Below, piece by piece: positions 11,588-22,401 of a DNA stretch of 56,454 bases (positions within the stretch are counted from its first letter, which is position 1; the number at the start of each line of letters is the position of its first letter). The stretch is from Bacteroidota bacterium (GTDB taxonomy: Bacteria > Bacteroidota > Bacteroidia > AKYH767-A > OLB10). Both the position numbers and the translations under genes were made by a program. The stretch lies in contig JBKDSL010000168.1 in the NCBI GenBank assembly GCA_046340555.1, positions 1-56,454 of the forward strand. The letters are read 5' to 3'. The notes under the pieces are model-generated. The model saw only the letters and a list, made by a program, of their open reading frames with translations, had not been told where the DNA came from and did not search any database.

Positions 11588-11612
11588 AAGGGCTCCTTCG
11601 GGAGCCTTTTTT
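11588..11612 (+). terminator. Intrinsic terminator (GGCTCC-TTCG-GGAGCC plus T tract) between convergent genes
   Basis: Perfect 6-bp GC-rich stem with a cUUCGg tetraloop, followed by TTTTTT. Confidence 0.85.
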
Positions 11613-11616
11613 ATTT

Positions 11617-12201
11617 TCAGCTTGCGAAAAGTTCCCGTTCTACCCCATGAATAAGGCAGTGGATGATTTTGATGTGTACCTCTTGTATACGATCGGCAAA
11701 TCCATTGTGCGATACACGGATTTCCACGTCACAAAGTGATGCAAGCTCACCGCCATTTTTTCCAGTCAGTCCGATGACAACCATTCCTTTTTCTTTGGCG
11801 GTTTGAGCCGCTTTGATTACGTTCGAAGAACTCCCGCTTGTGCTGATGGCAAGCAAAACATCGCCATTAACTCCAAAAGCTTGCAAGTGCCTGGAGAATA
11901 CCGAATCAAATCCGTAGTCGTTTGCGACACAAGTAATATGACTTGGATCGGATATGGACATGGCAGGCAAGGCTGGGCGGTCGTTGCGGAATCGCCCTGA
12001 AAGCTCTTCTGCGAAATGCATGGCATCGCACATGCTTCCGCCATTTCCACAAGAAATCACCTTGTTACCGCTTTTAAATGCGGTGGCCAGTTCGTGAACA
12101 GCTTTGGAAATGGCGTCCAAGTTTGAATCTTGATTCAAAAAGGAAGTCAGCGTTGCCGCAGCTTCTTCAAACTCCTTCCGTATCATATCGACCATGCTCA
12201 T
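11617..12201 (-). CDS. gmhA: D-sedoheptulose 7-phosphate isomerase
   Basis: CGNGGS, HFAEEL, ANDYG, STSGSS and DRIQEVH motifs; ATG at 12201 overlaps the dsbD stop (TAATG). Confidence 0.95.
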   Translation of the reverse strand: MSMVDMIRKEFEEAAATLTSFLNQDSNLDAISKAVHELATAFKSGNKVISCGNGGSMCDAMHFAEELSGRFRNDRPALPAMSISDPSHITCVANDYGFDSVFSRHLQAFGVNGDVLLAISTSGSSSNVIKAAQTAKEKGMVVIGLTGKNGGELASLCDVEIRVSHNGFADRIQEVHIKIIHCLIHGVERELFAS

Positions 12202-14246
12202 TATTGTGCTTTGGTTCTTTTTTCGAATCGACACAGACCTTCATCCAAAAACTTCACGTAAGTTTCTATATTAGGTGTGTATCCTCTTGGGTTGGCAAGT
12301 ATTTTCCCGTTGTTGTCGAGCAAGATGTAGTAAGGCTGCGAGTTTGTTTTGTATTGTGTGCGCTGCATATCACTCCACTTGTTTCCTGTTGTTTTAATCT
12401 GTTTTCCTGATTCTGAAACGTATTGCTGACTCTCGGGCAGCTGCTTCTTGTCATCCACATAAAGTGAAATGACTACATATTTGTCGCTTAGTCGCTTCAA
12501 AACTTCAGGGTCAGACCAAACATTGTCTTCCATCTTACGGCAATTCACACAACTCCATCCGGTGAAGTCTAGCATAACCGGTTTGCCCTGTATTTTGGCA
12601 TAACGCATGCCTTCGTCATAATCCTTGAAGCAGGTTAGGTTGTGTGGACATTCCGACTCCTGTGGCTTAAGCCATTCTTTATAGAACTCCGGTGGTGGGA
12701 ATCCGCTGATGAGTTTTAGCGGCGCTCCCCATAATCCTGGAACAAGGTATAGTGTGAAACTGAAAACCAAGATTGCCATCATGGTGCGTGGCACGGATAA
12801 AAAAGGAAGGTCGCTGTCGTGCGAGAACTTGAGTTTGCCAATCAGGTACAATCCCCACAAACCGAAGATGATCACCCATAATGCTATGAAGAGTTCTCTT
12901 TTCAAGAAATCCCAATGATATGCAAGGTCAACGTTGGAAAGGAATTTCAATGCCAATGCCAACTCCAAGAATCCGAGGCTCACTTTCACAGTGTTCAACC
13001 ATCCACCTGATTTGGGTAGGGAGGTGAGCATTGAAGGGAAGGCCGCAAACAAGGCGAACGGCACAGCGAGCGCTAATGCAAATCCGGTCATGCCGGCAAT
13101 AGGACCCAAATAGCTGCCTCCATGTGCTGCTTCTACCAATAATGTTCCGATGATGGGACCCGTGCAGGAAAATGAAACCAATGAAAGTGTGAAGGCCATG
13201 AAGAATATGCCAAGCAGTCCGCCACGGTCAGATGCAGAGTCAACCTTGTTGATTAAAGAGGCTGGCAGTACTATTTCAAATGCGCCGAGAAACGACGCTG
13301 CGAAAATTATGAAGATGATGAAGAATGCCAGGTTGAAAAACGAATTGCTGGCCATTTCATTCAAAGCGTCGGAGCCGAGTGTAACGGTAACTAAGAAACC
13401 GATGCTTACATAGATGACAATGATGGATAATGCATAGATGATGGCGTTGGCCATGCCTTTGCTTCTGGAGCCACTGCGCTTGATGAAGAAACTCACGGTC
13501 ATTGGAATCATCGGGAAAACACATGGGGTGAGCAGTGCAAGTAGACCGCCTATCATGCCGCCGAGGAAAATGCCCCATATTCCGTCATAGTGTTGTTCGC
13601 CTTCTAATTCTCCGCAACCAGGTTCTAGTTCAGTCATTGGACCACCGTCTGCCACCAATACCTGGTCGGAAGATGACGGTGGGAGGGATGTTGATGTTAC
13701 AGTGTCTGGAGCAGGTTTAGAAGCGGTATCTGTGGCCTCTGTTGCAACAGGTGATGGAGTAGCTTGTGCGGTTCCGGGAATGTCAAACTTCAAGCTGATT
13801 AATTCCGGTGGCAGGCATCTTTCATCATCACAAACCATGAATTCCACACTACCTGCAATGGTAAAAGCAGTGTTGTTGTTGAGTGCTACTTTTTGTTTGA
13901 ATACGGCCTTATCTCCAAAATATTTCAATTGCATTTCGAAGTTTTTGTCGAAATATTCTACCGCCTTACCTTCCGAAACAGCCCCAACGGTTTTGTAATT
14001 GAGGGAAGAGTCAAAGGTGAATGTGGTTTTTATGGGACCGCCATCGGGTATGAATTGAGAATACAAATGCCATCCCTTTTCTATGTTGGCAGTCATTACC
14101 AAAACGGCTTCTTTGTCGGATGTTTTCTCAACCGAGGCCTTCCATTTTACTGGCTCGAGGATTTGAGAGAACGAAGGTTGGGACAAGAAAATACTGATAA
14201 ACAGTAGTTTAAAGGTCCATTTGGCGGCGTATGATAGATTTTTCAT
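12201..14246 (-). CDS. dsbD: Thiol:disulfide interchange protein DsbD / cytochrome c biogenesis protein
   Basis: N-terminal domain with CDDERC; transmembrane domain with TPCVFPMIP and FSCTGP; thioredoxin-like [10 protein letters not shown]. Confidence 0.93.
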   Translation of the reverse strand: MKNLSYAAKWTFKLLFISIFLSQPSFSQILEPVKWKASVEKTSDKEAVLVMTANIEKGWHLYSQFIPDGGPIKTTFTFDSSLNYKTVGAVSEGKAVEYFDKNFEMQLKYFGDKAVFKQKVALNNNTAFTIAGSVEFMVCDDERCLPPELISLKFDIPGTAQATPSPVATEATDTASKPAPDTVTSTSLPPSSSDQVLVADGGPMTELEPGCGELEGEQHYDGIWGIFLGGMIGGLLALLTPCVFPMIPMTVSFFIKRSGSRSKGMANAIIYALSIIVIYVSIGFLVTVTLGSDALNEMASNSFFNLAFFIIFIIFAASFLGAFEIVLPASLINKVDSASDRGGLLGIFFMAFTLSLVSFSCTGPIIGTLLVEAAHGGSYLGPIAGMTGFALALAVPFALFAAFPSMLTSLPKSGGWLNTVKVSLGFLELALALKFLSNVDLAYHWDFLKRELFIALWVIIFGLWGLYLIGKLKFSHDSDLPFLSVPRTMMAILVFSFTLYLVPGLWGAPLKLISGFPPPEFYKEWLKPQESECPHNLTCFKDYDEGMRYAKIQGKPVMLDFTGWSCVNCRKMEDNVWSDPEVLKRLSDKYVVISLYVDDKKQLPESQQYVSESGKQIKTTGNKWSDMQRTQYKTNSQPYYILLDNNGKILANPRGYTPNIETYVKFLDEGLCRFEKRTKAQ

Positions 14247-14319
14247 AGACTATTTGACTTTTCAAATTTACTCAATTGAATGAGCCGAAATCAAACGAAA
14301 AATAGAGCTCGTTTAATAT

Positions 14320-15066
14320 TTAAAACCAAGAAAAAATTTCTGCGCTTGAAAGAGCTATTTTATCTTTTCCTTGCAAGTCTTTTTTCACACTCCCGCTTTC
14401 AAGCATGATGATACGGTCTCCTAAGGCTTCGGCATCCTTGAGGTTATGGGTAACTAGCAATGTGGTAAGTCCATGTTCACGGCTAATCTTGGCAGCCAGA
14501 CCCATTACCGTTTTGGCGGTTGCCGGATCCAATGCTGATGATGGCTCATCCATAAGGAGCACATCTGTTTGGTCCATTACCGTCATCAACAAAGTCAACG
14601 CCTGCCTTTGTCCACCCGATAAGGTGCCGATTGGTTGATCCACTTTGTGTTCCAATCCCAATCCCAATTGCGTGATGTCGGCAATCACCTTGCTGCGGAA
14701 TTCTTTGTTCAGCCCTGTTACGGGGCTTTTGTGTTTGGATCGTAATGCGGCTAATCGGAAGTTTTCCATCACTGTTAATTCGGATGATGTTCCAGCCAAA
14801 GGATCTTGAAAAACCCGCGATACGCTGCGGCTTCGCTTGTGATCCAAGTCATCGGTCATATCACGATCATTGATGAATATTCTTCCTATATCAGGCAAAA
14901 GGTTTCCTGCAACCAGATTCAGTAATGTCGATTTCCCAGAACCATTGGAACCTATCAGGACAGTAAATGATCCACGCTCGATTTCCAGGTTTATTCCGCG
15001 CAAAGCGTACACCTCTCGATCCGTATCCTTGAAAAACCTTTTATGTATGTTGCTTAATCGAATCAT
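14320..15066 (-). CDS. ABC transporter ATP-binding protein (putative aromatic amino acid type)
   Basis: GSNGSGKS Walker A, VFQDP, LSGGQRQ, LMDEP and VTHN motifs. Confidence 0.9.
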   Translation of the reverse strand: MIRLSNIHKRFFKDTDREVYALRGINLEIERGSFTVLIGSNGSGKSTLLNLVAGNLLPDIGRIFINDRDMTDDLDHKRSRSVSRVFQDPLAGTSSELTVMENFRLAALRSKHKSPVTGLNKEFRSKVIADITQLGLGLEHKVDQPIGTLSGGQRQALTLLMTVMDQTDVLLMDEPSSALDPATAKTVMGLAAKISREHGLTTLLVTHNLKDAEALGDRIIMLESGSVKKDLQGKDKIALSSAEIFSWF

Positions 15067-15920
15067 GTGCGTTTTGCTTTAAGGTTCGATACGGCTACGA
15101 TTGTTAATACGATTACTGCAGTCACCAGTTTCAGGTAATTGGGATTTAGGCCCAGAGCCAAAGACTGCGCAACCGCTAATCGGAAAACTATGCTTCCTGC
15201 AATCATGCAGATTAGTACTGTCAAAACCCGGTTGATTTTCAATAGGGAAGCAATCGATTCACCAATCATTACTGCTGCCAGTCCTGATATGATGATGCCC
15301 ACCCCCATGTTTACATCTGCGAAGCCTTGGTATTGTACCATTAGGTAACCGCTTAATGCGGTTAACGCGTTGGCAATCGAGAGTCCGAGGATTTTCATTC
15401 GGTCAATATTCACTCCGTTTGCTGCAGCCATTTGTTCGTTGTTTCCTGTGGCACGCATGGCAATTCCCAAATCCGTTTTAAGCATCCAGGCCATGGCCAT
15501 GGCGATCACTAAGGCAAAAGCAATCGAGACCAGTAGCGGCTTTTGATTGATGATGTCGTTGGAAGCGAACAATCCCATATCCATATCCAAAGGAATATTC
15601 GACCTGCCCATTATGGCAAGGTTGATGGAATAGAGTGCTGTCATTACCAATATACCCGATAACAAAGGATTGATCCGGAGTCTCGTTGATATGATGCCTG
15701 TAGTGGCTCCGCTAAGGGCCCCAGCCATCAATGTTGCGGGAAGTACCATCAAGGCATTCCAACCCAATATGAGCCCAGATGCTGCAACTACTCCTCCCAA
15801 AGTGAAACTACCGTCGGTGGTGATGTCAGGTATTTTGAAAATCCTAAGAGATAGGTACACACCTATTCCCAGGCTGGCATAACAAAGTCCTTGAATAATC
15901 GCTGCCAGGTATAAATCCAT
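15063..15920 (-). CDS. ABC transporter permease
   Basis: Multi-transmembrane; PDITTDGSF and GIAMRATGNNE motifs; overlaps the ATPase gene. Confidence 0.9.
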   Translation of the reverse strand: MDLYLAAIIQGLCYASLGIGVYLSLRIFKIPDITTDGSFTLGGVVAASGLILGWNALMVLPATLMAGALSGATTGIISTRLRINPLLSGILVMTALYSINLAIMGRSNIPLDMDMGLFASNDIINQKPLLVSIAFALVIAMAMAWMLKTDLGIAMRATGNNEQMAAANGVNIDRMKILGLSIANALTALSGYLMVQYQGFADVNMGVGIIISGLAAVMIGESIASLLKINRVLTVLICMIAGSIVFRLAVAQSLALGLNPNYLKLVTAVIVLTIVAVSNLKAKRT

Positions 15921-15925
15921 ACGAT

Positions 15926-16888
15926 TTAAGGCTTGAATGGAAGGAAGGTGGAGTCGGGTTTGATGCCAAATGCTGCTGCAGTTTGCGGATTGAATAGCTT
16001 CTGTCTCGTTTTCACGATAACGGGAATGGGTAAGTTCTTTTTTCCTGCTTTCAAATATTGTGCAGCCATTTCACCCGATTGGTAACCCCATTGATAGAAG
16101 TCGGCGCCATAGGATGCAAGTGCTCCTCTGCCTACCAAACCTGCTTCGCTGGTGATGATAGGTACGCCTTTGTTGCGACACGACTTTTCAATTGTTTCAA
16201 AGGATGCGAATATCACATTGTCGGGCAAAGCGAAAAAGACATCAATTTCTTTCAGCAAAAGTGCTTCGGTCACCAATTGGGTCTCGGCACTATTGTTCAC
16301 TGGGAGAGATATCATATCCATTCCCAATTCTTGGCACTTTTTGAATAACACATTATACGCCGCTTGTGATTGTGGTTCCGCTTGGTTGAATACGGTTCCA
16401 ACTTTTTTTGCGTTCGGATAAAGTTGCTTGATGATGATTGCAGCCGAATCCAGATAGTCCAATGTTTCAAATACACCTGAAAGGTTTTCCGGGTACTTGT
16501 TACTCCGGTCAGCCAATCCCGCCAAGTCGGGTCTCGGTGATACCATCATGAAAATAGGTGTCTTTGATGTTCTTTTGCTTGCTGTGATGGTGGATAATGT
16601 AACGTTGGTAGCCATGAGGTCAACATCCTCAGACAATATACGGTCGCAGGCTTGGTTCAAGGTGGGGATATCACCTTGTGCGTTCGAATAAATATATTTA
16701 ACGGTTTTTTTCTCTTCGCTATATCCGTTGTCCGACATGGCTTGATAAAAACCCTGTTTGGCCAAATCGATTGTAGGGTCCTGTATGAAATCCAAAAACC
16801 CCACTTTAGTAATGTTGCTTTCGGTGTTGTTGCATGAAGCCATAGCTAAAATGCAAATTGCAAAAATTGAAGGAAGATTTTTTTTCAT
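15926..16888 (-). CDS. ABC transporter substrate-binding lipoprotein (ABC_sub_bind type)
   Basis: Probable start MKKNLP...MASC lipobox at 16888; NAQGD, LPDN and GALASYGADFYQWG motifs. Confidence 0.88.
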   Translation of the reverse strand: MKKNLPSIFAICILAMASCNNTESNITKVGFLDFIQDPTIDLAKQGFYQAMSDNGYSEEKKTVKYIYSNAQGDIPTLNQACDRILSEDVDLMATNVTLSTITASKRTSKTPIFMMVSPRPDLAGLADRSNKYPENLSGVFETLDYLDSAAIIIKQLYPNAKKVGTVFNQAEPQSQAAYNVLFKKCQELGMDMISLPVNNSAETQLVTEALLLKEIDVFFALPDNVIFASFETIEKSCRNKGVPIITSEAGLVGRGALASYGADFYQWGYQSGEMAAQYLKAGKKNLPIPVIVKTRQKLFNPQTAAAFGIKPDSTFLPFKP

Positions 16889-16907
16889 AGATTTTATTTT
16901 AACTGAT

Positions 16908-17690
16908 TTACCAAGAACCTCCAGCGCCACCACCGCCGAAACTACCACCGCCGAAACCGCCGAATCCACCACCGGAAGATCCGCCTCTGCCGGAGAATCC
17001 TCCCCAGGAGCCTCGGTGTGGCACGGCCGTTTGATTCAACAGCATCCAGGCGGTCCAAAAAGAAAGGTGATTTATACTGGCATATCTTTTTACCTGTTTT
17101 ACTCTGATTGTTATTGCAAGTGCGATGAAAAGTATGACGGCAAGAATTTCCATAAAAGGGAATTCCTTTTGCTTGGGCTCATCATTCACATATTCGCCCG
17201 ATGCGTATGCAATGATGCGACTAGTTGCTTCATCTAGGCCTTGATGGTATCTGTTTTTTTTGAAGTTGGGTTTGATGGAGTTTTCAATGATGTTTTTAGC
17301 ACGTGCATCGGTTATGGTTCCCTCCATTCCATATCCGGTGGCGATGAATACCTTGCGATCTTCAAAGGCTACTAGCATCATGATGCCGTTGTCTTTCTTA
17401 CTCCGACCAACTCCCCACCGCTCAGCCAACTCGAAGGTGTAATCTTCGATTGGGTATCCATCCAGTGTTTTTAGAATTACAACCGCAATTTGGGTCGACG
17501 TGCTGTCGTCATACGCGACCAACTTTCTTTCCAGTGATTGTTGTTCTTCGGAATTTAGAATGGAAGCGAAGTCGTTTACCAGCCTTGGTGGCGATGGGCG
17601 CTCAGGATACTCTTGTGCGAACAACCTACCCGAAAGGATAAGAAGCAACAATGTGAATATCGTGGACTTAAAAACCCGTTTGCACTTCAT
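16908..17690 (-). CDS. TPM-domain protein with Gly-rich C-terminal tail
   Basis: VNDFA, QIAVV, WGVG..KKDNG and GYGMEG motifs; ends GGGSFGGGGAGGSW. Confidence 0.92.
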   Translation of the reverse strand: MKCKRVFKSTIFTLLLLILSGRLFAQEYPERPSPPRLVNDFASILNSEEQQSLERKLVAYDDSTSTQIAVVILKTLDGYPIEDYTFELAERWGVGRSKKDNGIMMLVAFEDRKVFIATGYGMEGTITDARAKNIIENSIKPNFKKNRYHQGLDEATSRIIAYASGEYVNDEPKQKEFPFMEILAVILFIALAITIRVKQVKRYASINHLSFWTAWMLLNQTAVPHRGSWGGFSGRGGSSGGGFGGFGGGSFGGGGAGGSW

Positions 17691-18102
17691 CCGAAAGCTC
17701 GTTGATATCGTTTTTCATCCGAGGGAAATGGGCGGCCAAGGCTTCTCCAACATCCCTTACGGCATTCGTAACACCCTCGCGCATCAATCCTGCCCTGAAA
17801 GCTTCTTCCATCTTAGTGGATATGGTTATCCAGAAATGGTCGCCTACATGTTGATGTATTCCAACGTCTCCGATTATGCAGAATTTGCGATCACTATAGG
17901 CGATGTAGATCATCACTCCGTTTCGAAGTGCTGTAGCCGACATGCCCAATTTTTTGAAAAGGTAGGCGGCATGGTCCAACGGATCGCCTTTTACATGTTT
18001 GTCGAGATAAACGCGTATTTCGGCCGAGGTACGAAGCTCAGCCGCACCAACTGCATCCTGAATGGAAACAAGGTCACTTTCCGAAAATACGCTTGAAGCC
18101 AT
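17668..18102 (-). CDS. TPM-domain protein (short type)
   Basis: AELRTSAEIRV, RNGVMIY, IIGDVGI and DINEL motifs; lies next to lemA. Confidence 0.9.
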   Translation of the reverse strand: MASSVFSESDLVSIQDAVGAAELRTSAEIRVYLDKHVKGDPLDHAAYLFKKLGMSATALRNGVMIYIAYSDRKFCIIGDVGIHQHVGDHFWITISTKMEEAFRAGLMREGVTNAVRDVGEALAAHFPRMKNDINELSDEVQTGF

Positions 18103-18113
18103 TTCGATAGAAA

Positions 18114-18692
18114 TTAGAACTCAACCTTGGGTGCTTTTTCAGCACCGGCATCAGATTCAAAATAAGCCCTTGCCTGAAATCCGAACATCGATGCCATGAT
18201 GTTGGTGGGAAAGGATTTTACGCTCAAGTTGTAATTTTTGACAGCTTCGTTGAAATTGTTTCTGGATACTTTGATGCGGTTTTCTGTACCAGTGAGTTCG
18301 GCCTGAAGCTCCAGGAAATTCTGATTGGCTTTCAAATTGGGATACTGCTCAACCGTCACCAACAGTCTGCTTAAAGAACTTGACACAGCTCCTTGGGCTT
18401 CTTGGAATTTTTGAAGGTTTTCCTTGTTCAGGTTGGAAGCATCGAGCTTTACTTGAGTGGCTTGGGCACGTGCTTGTACAACCGCTTCCAGCGTCGACTT
18501 CTCGAAATCGGCATAGCCCTTAACGGTGCTCACCAAATTCGGTATCAGATCAAGCCTGCGTTGGTAGTCGCTTTCAACGTTCTGCCAGGCGGCATTCGCT
18601 TCTTCGTTTTTAGATACCAATCTGTTATAAGATGAAGAGAGCCACCATACGAATAGCAGGGCGATGGATCCGAAAATCAGCAATTTTCTCAT
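18114..18692 (-). CDS. lemA: LemA family protein
   Basis: YQRRLDLIPNLV, EQYPNLKANQNF and TENRI motifs. Confidence 0.95.
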   Translation of the reverse strand: MRKLLIFGSIALLFVWWLSSSYNRLVSKNEEANAAWQNVESDYQRRLDLIPNLVSTVKGYADFEKSTLEAVVQARAQATQVKLDASNLNKENLQKFQEAQGAVSSSLSRLLVTVEQYPNLKANQNFLELQAELTGTENRIKVSRNNFNEAVKNYNLSVKSFPTNIMASMFGFQARAYFESDAGAEKAPKVEF

Positions 18693-18738
18693 TTTATTTG
18701 GTTTTGGGTTAAAGATAACAATTTTATCAGGTAATGGT

Positions 18739-20079
18739 TCATGCAGTTGATTGCCATTCTAAACGCATTACCCTTTGGGTGTTGGGAAGTATCTTAAATC
18801 GATCGTCGATGCGGTGAGGCGCCAACCAAAGTATTTTGTCGTTAGAGCCTATGGCATAGGAGGTGGTGCGCGCTACAAGGCTAGCTTTGATGTCGGTGAA
18901 GAAATCGCTAGCGAGTTTGCTGTTTTGCATGCCTAACGGATGAAAACGGTCGCCTGCTTGAACCGGTCTTACCCAAAGTGGGAAGGTTATGTTTGATGCA
19001 TCCAGATAAGCCACATTCGATTTGCCAAAATCGGTTTCATCAACTTGCTCATGGAAGGACAATAGCAAACAACCAAACTCAACGTCTACAGCTGAATCCT
19101 TTTCATGGATTTCAAAAAACTCTTCCGAATGCAATGTTTGGGTTTCTGTAAACACAACTGTTGATCGGTCTCTGACCAATGCCCAATTTCCAGAAATGAA
19201 TTGCGCGCCTGATTCCGTTTCAGCACGGATCGCCAGTTCACAAGTGCCATAATTGAAGCCATGCTTTCGCAAAATATGGTAAAGCAATGTGGTAGGTTCT
19301 GGATATTCCTTTAGCAAGTCTAGGTTGAATATGGTGAACCGGCCTTGATGTGGAGTTCTACTGATTTTTGCTTCCACGCTATGCGTGATCCATTCCAAAA
19401 TATGCTCATAACGTTGCATGAGTGTGGCATGGTTGGCAATGGCTTCACCCGCATTTGGATTCAAGCTGCGTAGCATGGGCATAACTTCATGTCGGACGAA
19501 ATTACGCTCATAATGGGTTTCGGAATTCGATGAATCTTCCCTCCAAACAATTCTGTGATGATCGGCATATGCTATTATTTCTGCTCGGTGCATATTGATT
19601 AGTGGACGAATGATTTTTCCGAATTTGGGCTTAATGCCATGCATCCCTGCGATGCCCGTTCCCTTCACCAAATTCAGTATGACCGTCTCAATGGAATCAT
19701 CCGCATGGTGTGCAACTGCAATGAATTCGCAACCTTCTTGATCGGCTAGTTTCTCAAACCATTCATAACGGAGTTTCCTTGCAGCCATTTGTGTGGAGAT
19801 TCCGTTGTCGGAGGCGAATTCTGAAGTATTGAATGACTTTTCATGATACGTCAATCCCATGTTTTCTGCTGATTGGCGAACGAATTCAGCATCCAAATCC
19901 GATTCTTTTCCACGCAGCTTGAAATTGCAATGGGCAACGATTGGATCAAGATTCGATTGATGCATCAGATGCAACAACACCATCGAATCAACCCCTCCAC
20001 TAACGGCCACCAAAACCTTGGATCCATTTGTTGGAACCAATGCTGACAACGCACTTGAGAATTTGAGTTGCAGTTCCAT
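18739..20079 (-). CDS. tilS: tRNA(Ile)-lysidine synthetase
   Basis: AVSGGVDS PP-loop, AARKLRY, AHHADD, IRPL, DSSN and RNFVRH motifs. Confidence 0.95.
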   Translation of the reverse strand: MELQLKFSSALSALVPTNGSKVLVAVSGGVDSMVLLHLMHQSNLDPIVAHCNFKLRGKESDLDAEFVRQSAENMGLTYHEKSFNTSEFASDNGISTQMAARKLRYEWFEKLADQEGCEFIAVAHHADDSIETVILNLVKGTGIAGMHGIKPKFGKIIRPLINMHRAEIIAYADHHRIVWREDSSNSETHYERNFVRHEVMPMLRSLNPNAGEAIANHATLMQRYEHILEWITHSVEAKISRTPHQGRFTIFNLDLLKEYPEPTTLLYHILRKHGFNYGTCELAIRAETESGAQFISGNWALVRDRSTVVFTETQTLHSEEFFEIHEKDSAVDVEFGCLLLSFHEQVDETDFGKSNVAYLDASNITFPLWVRPVQAGDRFHPLGMQNSKLASDFFTDIKASLVARTTSYAIGSNDKILWLAPHRIDDRFKILPNTQRVMRLEWQSTA

Positions 20080-21410
20080 CAGGCTTGCTCGATTAAAGCT
20101 TCCTCAATGGGGATACCCAATGCGTGCAGCTGAGGTTTTAGTTTCAAAAGACATTCTTGCCATTCTGATTCCAGTTCACAATGGATGGTGATGGCACCAC
20201 CTGCGGTCACTGTGGCCAACTTATTTTCCAAGTCCAGGCAAATGGCTCGGATCACCACATTGAAATCGAAATAGCCGCCAGGGGCGAAAAAACCGATGGT
20301 CCCGGAAAACATACCACGTTTAAACCCCTCCAACTTATCAATGATTTTCATGGCACTGATCTTGGGAGCTCCAGTCATGGATCCCATGGGAAAGGTGGCC
20401 TTCAGTACCGAGGCGAATCCGGCATCCGGTTGTAACCGGCAAGAAACCGAGGAGATCATCTGGTGGACGGAGGCAAATGTGTGTACGCCGAACAACTCAT
20501 CGACCTTAACTGTGCCTTTTTGAGCCACCTTGGATAAATCGTTTCGGACCAAATCGACAATCATGACATTCTCGGCACATTCTTTTTCACTACTTGCCAA
20601 TGATGCTTTCAATCTGGCATCTTCGTATTGATCCTCAGAGCGCCTAGACGTACCTTTCATAGGTTGGCTCATTAGCAAATCGAAATCGTGTCGAAGAAAC
20701 CTTTCCGGGCTTGAGCATACTATTGCTTTGTTCCCATCTTTATAGAGTACTGAAAACGGGTTCGGCGATTTTTCACATAATTTATTGAAGAGAGCTGTTG
20801 GATCACATTCATTGAATGATATGACTGATTGTTGGCACAGGGTAGCTTCGTATATATCGCCCCGCTTCAAGTGTTGGGTTACTTGGTTGAAAGCCTCCGT
20901 GTACGACTTTTTATCAATTTTTTGTTTGACACTGGAGCCATTAACACCACCAGAGCGACCGGTCGAGTATTCCATCAGTTGTCTATAAACCGATTCAGGC
21001 GTTTCAGAGGCGGAGTGTACGCTCAAAAGCCCTGTTTCATCAACTGTGAAAGCCATTTCAGGCACGAAACAATGGACGACGGGAAAGGTAATGGCCTCTT
21101 TTCCTGAGCTGCTTAATTGTTCGATTTCATTTTTCAGATCATAGGATACCAAACAACAAATCCAATCAAGGTTTTGCCGATGCTTGGTGACGAATTCATC
21201 CAAGGCATCCAATGCATTTATCGAGGTTTTGATTTCATCAGATACTCCTGCCATGGCCAAGAAGGCATATCGGTTGCCTGTAATAGGGGCCGGAATGCTT
21301 TTGCCATGATGTGAATCAAAAAAAGCAAAAGTGTTTCTCTGGCTGACAAAATCAAGTACCCGTTTTTTGATATCGGGCTCATTTATGTTAAAGTAGGCTG
21401 GTTGCAGCAT
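20079..21410 (-). CDS. pabB: Aminodeoxychorismate synthase component I / anthranilate synthase component I family
   Basis: SSPERF, PMKGT, ENVMIVDLVRNDL, FPMGSMTGAPK, DFNVVIR and GGAIT motifs. Confidence 0.85.
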   Translation of the reverse strand: MLQPAYFNINEPDIKKRVLDFVSQRNTFAFFDSHHGKSIPAPITGNRYAFLAMAGVSDEIKTSINALDALDEFVTKHRQNLDWICCLVSYDLKNEIEQLSSSGKEAITFPVVHCFVPEMAFTVDETGLLSVHSASETPESVYRQLMEYSTGRSGGVNGSSVKQKIDKKSYTEAFNQVTQHLKRGDIYEATLCQQSVISFNECDPTALFNKLCEKSPNPFSVLYKDGNKAIVCSSPERFLRHDFDLLMSQPMKGTSRRSEDQYEDARLKASLASSEKECAENVMIVDLVRNDLSKVAQKGTVKVDELFGVHTFASVHQMISSVSCRLQPDAGFASVLKATFPMGSMTGAPKISAMKIIDKLEGFKRGMFSGTIGFFAPGGYFDFNVVIRAICLDLENKLATVTAGGAITIHCELESEWQECLLKLKPQLHALGIPIEEALIEQA

Positions 21411-21420
21411 GGTTCTTGGC

Positions 21421-21990
21421 TTAATCCATTTTTGATGCAAACTCTTCAACCACCATTGGAAAGAAGCGCATTTCCAATTCGTGGATTTTTTGAGCTAAGG
21501 ACGATGCTGTTTCGCCGGGTTCAAGTTCTATGGTAAATTGTTTGATGATGTCACCTTGGTCATATTGCTCATTCACGTGATGAATGGTGATGCCTGATTT
21601 CGGCTCATTTGCTGCAATTACGGCTTCGTGCACATGTTGACCATGCATCCCTTTGCCTCCGTATGCAGGTAATAAGGAGGGATGAAGGTTGATGATTGGA
21701 CCAGGAAAACCTTGAATGAAAGAGCTGGGAACCAATTTCAAGTAACCTGCCAACACAATAATTTCAATACCCGCTGATTGTAATGATTTCAATAGGCTCC
21801 CATCCGACATATCGGTTTTACCGATGATATGGCCAGGAACGCCCAGAGGCTTGATTCTTTCCAAAACATAGGCATTCGGGTTGTTTGAATACACCGCCAT
21901 AACCCTGATGTTCGGGCTGTTACTGAAAAAGCGGATAAGGTTTTCGGCGTTGGAACCAGACCCGCTGGCGAAAACGGCAACTTTTTTCAT
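21421..21990 (-). CDS. purN: Phosphoribosylglycinamide formyltransferase
   Basis: FASGSGSN, LAGY, INLHPSLLP, SGITIH and YDQG motifs. Confidence 0.95.
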   Translation of the reverse strand: MKKVAVFASGSGSNAENLIRFFSNSPNIRVMAVYSNNPNAYVLERIKPLGVPGHIIGKTDMSDGSLLKSLQSAGIEIIVLAGYLKLVPSSFIQGFPGPIINLHPSLLPAYGGKGMHGQHVHEAVIAANEPKSGITIHHVNEQYDQGDIIKQFTIELEPGETASSLAQKIHELEMRFFPMVVEEFASKMD

Positions 21991-21994
21991 GGCT

Positions 21995-22002
21995 CAAAGA
22001 TA
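21995..22002 (-). promoter_or_regulatory. -7 promoter element TATCTTTG, 4 nt before the purN ATG
   Basis: Exact TAnnTTTG match on the minus strand. Confidence 0.65.
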
Positions 22003-22146
22003 CCTATAATAGGAGGGTTCCCATAGGGTGTCAAACACTTGGTTTTCAAGTATAAAAAATTGGTATTCAATTCTTTTTTGATATATTTTGATGATTCGGT
22101 TATTAATTTGTTACTTTGCGCCTCTAATCAAAATTCGACTTAAGCT

Positions 22147-22383
22147 ATGTCAGACATTGCATCACGCGTAAAAGCCATCATCGTAGACAAATTGGGTGTT
22201 GACGCAAGCGAAGTGCAGAACGAATCCAGCTTTACCAATGATCTGGGTGCCGACTCTCTTGATACTGTTGAACTCATCATGGAATTTGAAAAGGAGTTCA
22301 GCATTGCCATTCCCGACGATCAGGCTGAGAAGATCAGCACAGTAGGGCAGGCCATCGACTACATCCAGGCAAACGTTAAGTAA
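22147..22383 (+). CDS. acpP: Acyl carrier protein
   Basis: [14 protein letters not shown] phosphopantetheine attachment motif. Confidence 0.98.
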   Translation: MSDIASRVKAIIVDKLGVDASEVQNESSFTNDLGADSLDTVELIMEFEKEFSIAIPDDQAEKISTVGQAIDYIQANVK

Positions 22384-22401
22384 CGCTTTTTTTCCCGGCT
22401 G

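Noticed and set aside
16889-16972. N-terminal extension of the ABC substrate-binding ORF, and similar extensions at 37491, 42882, 26225 and 12234
   Set aside because: Most of these extensions overlap upstream genes; downstream ATGs give proper signal peptides or translational coupling
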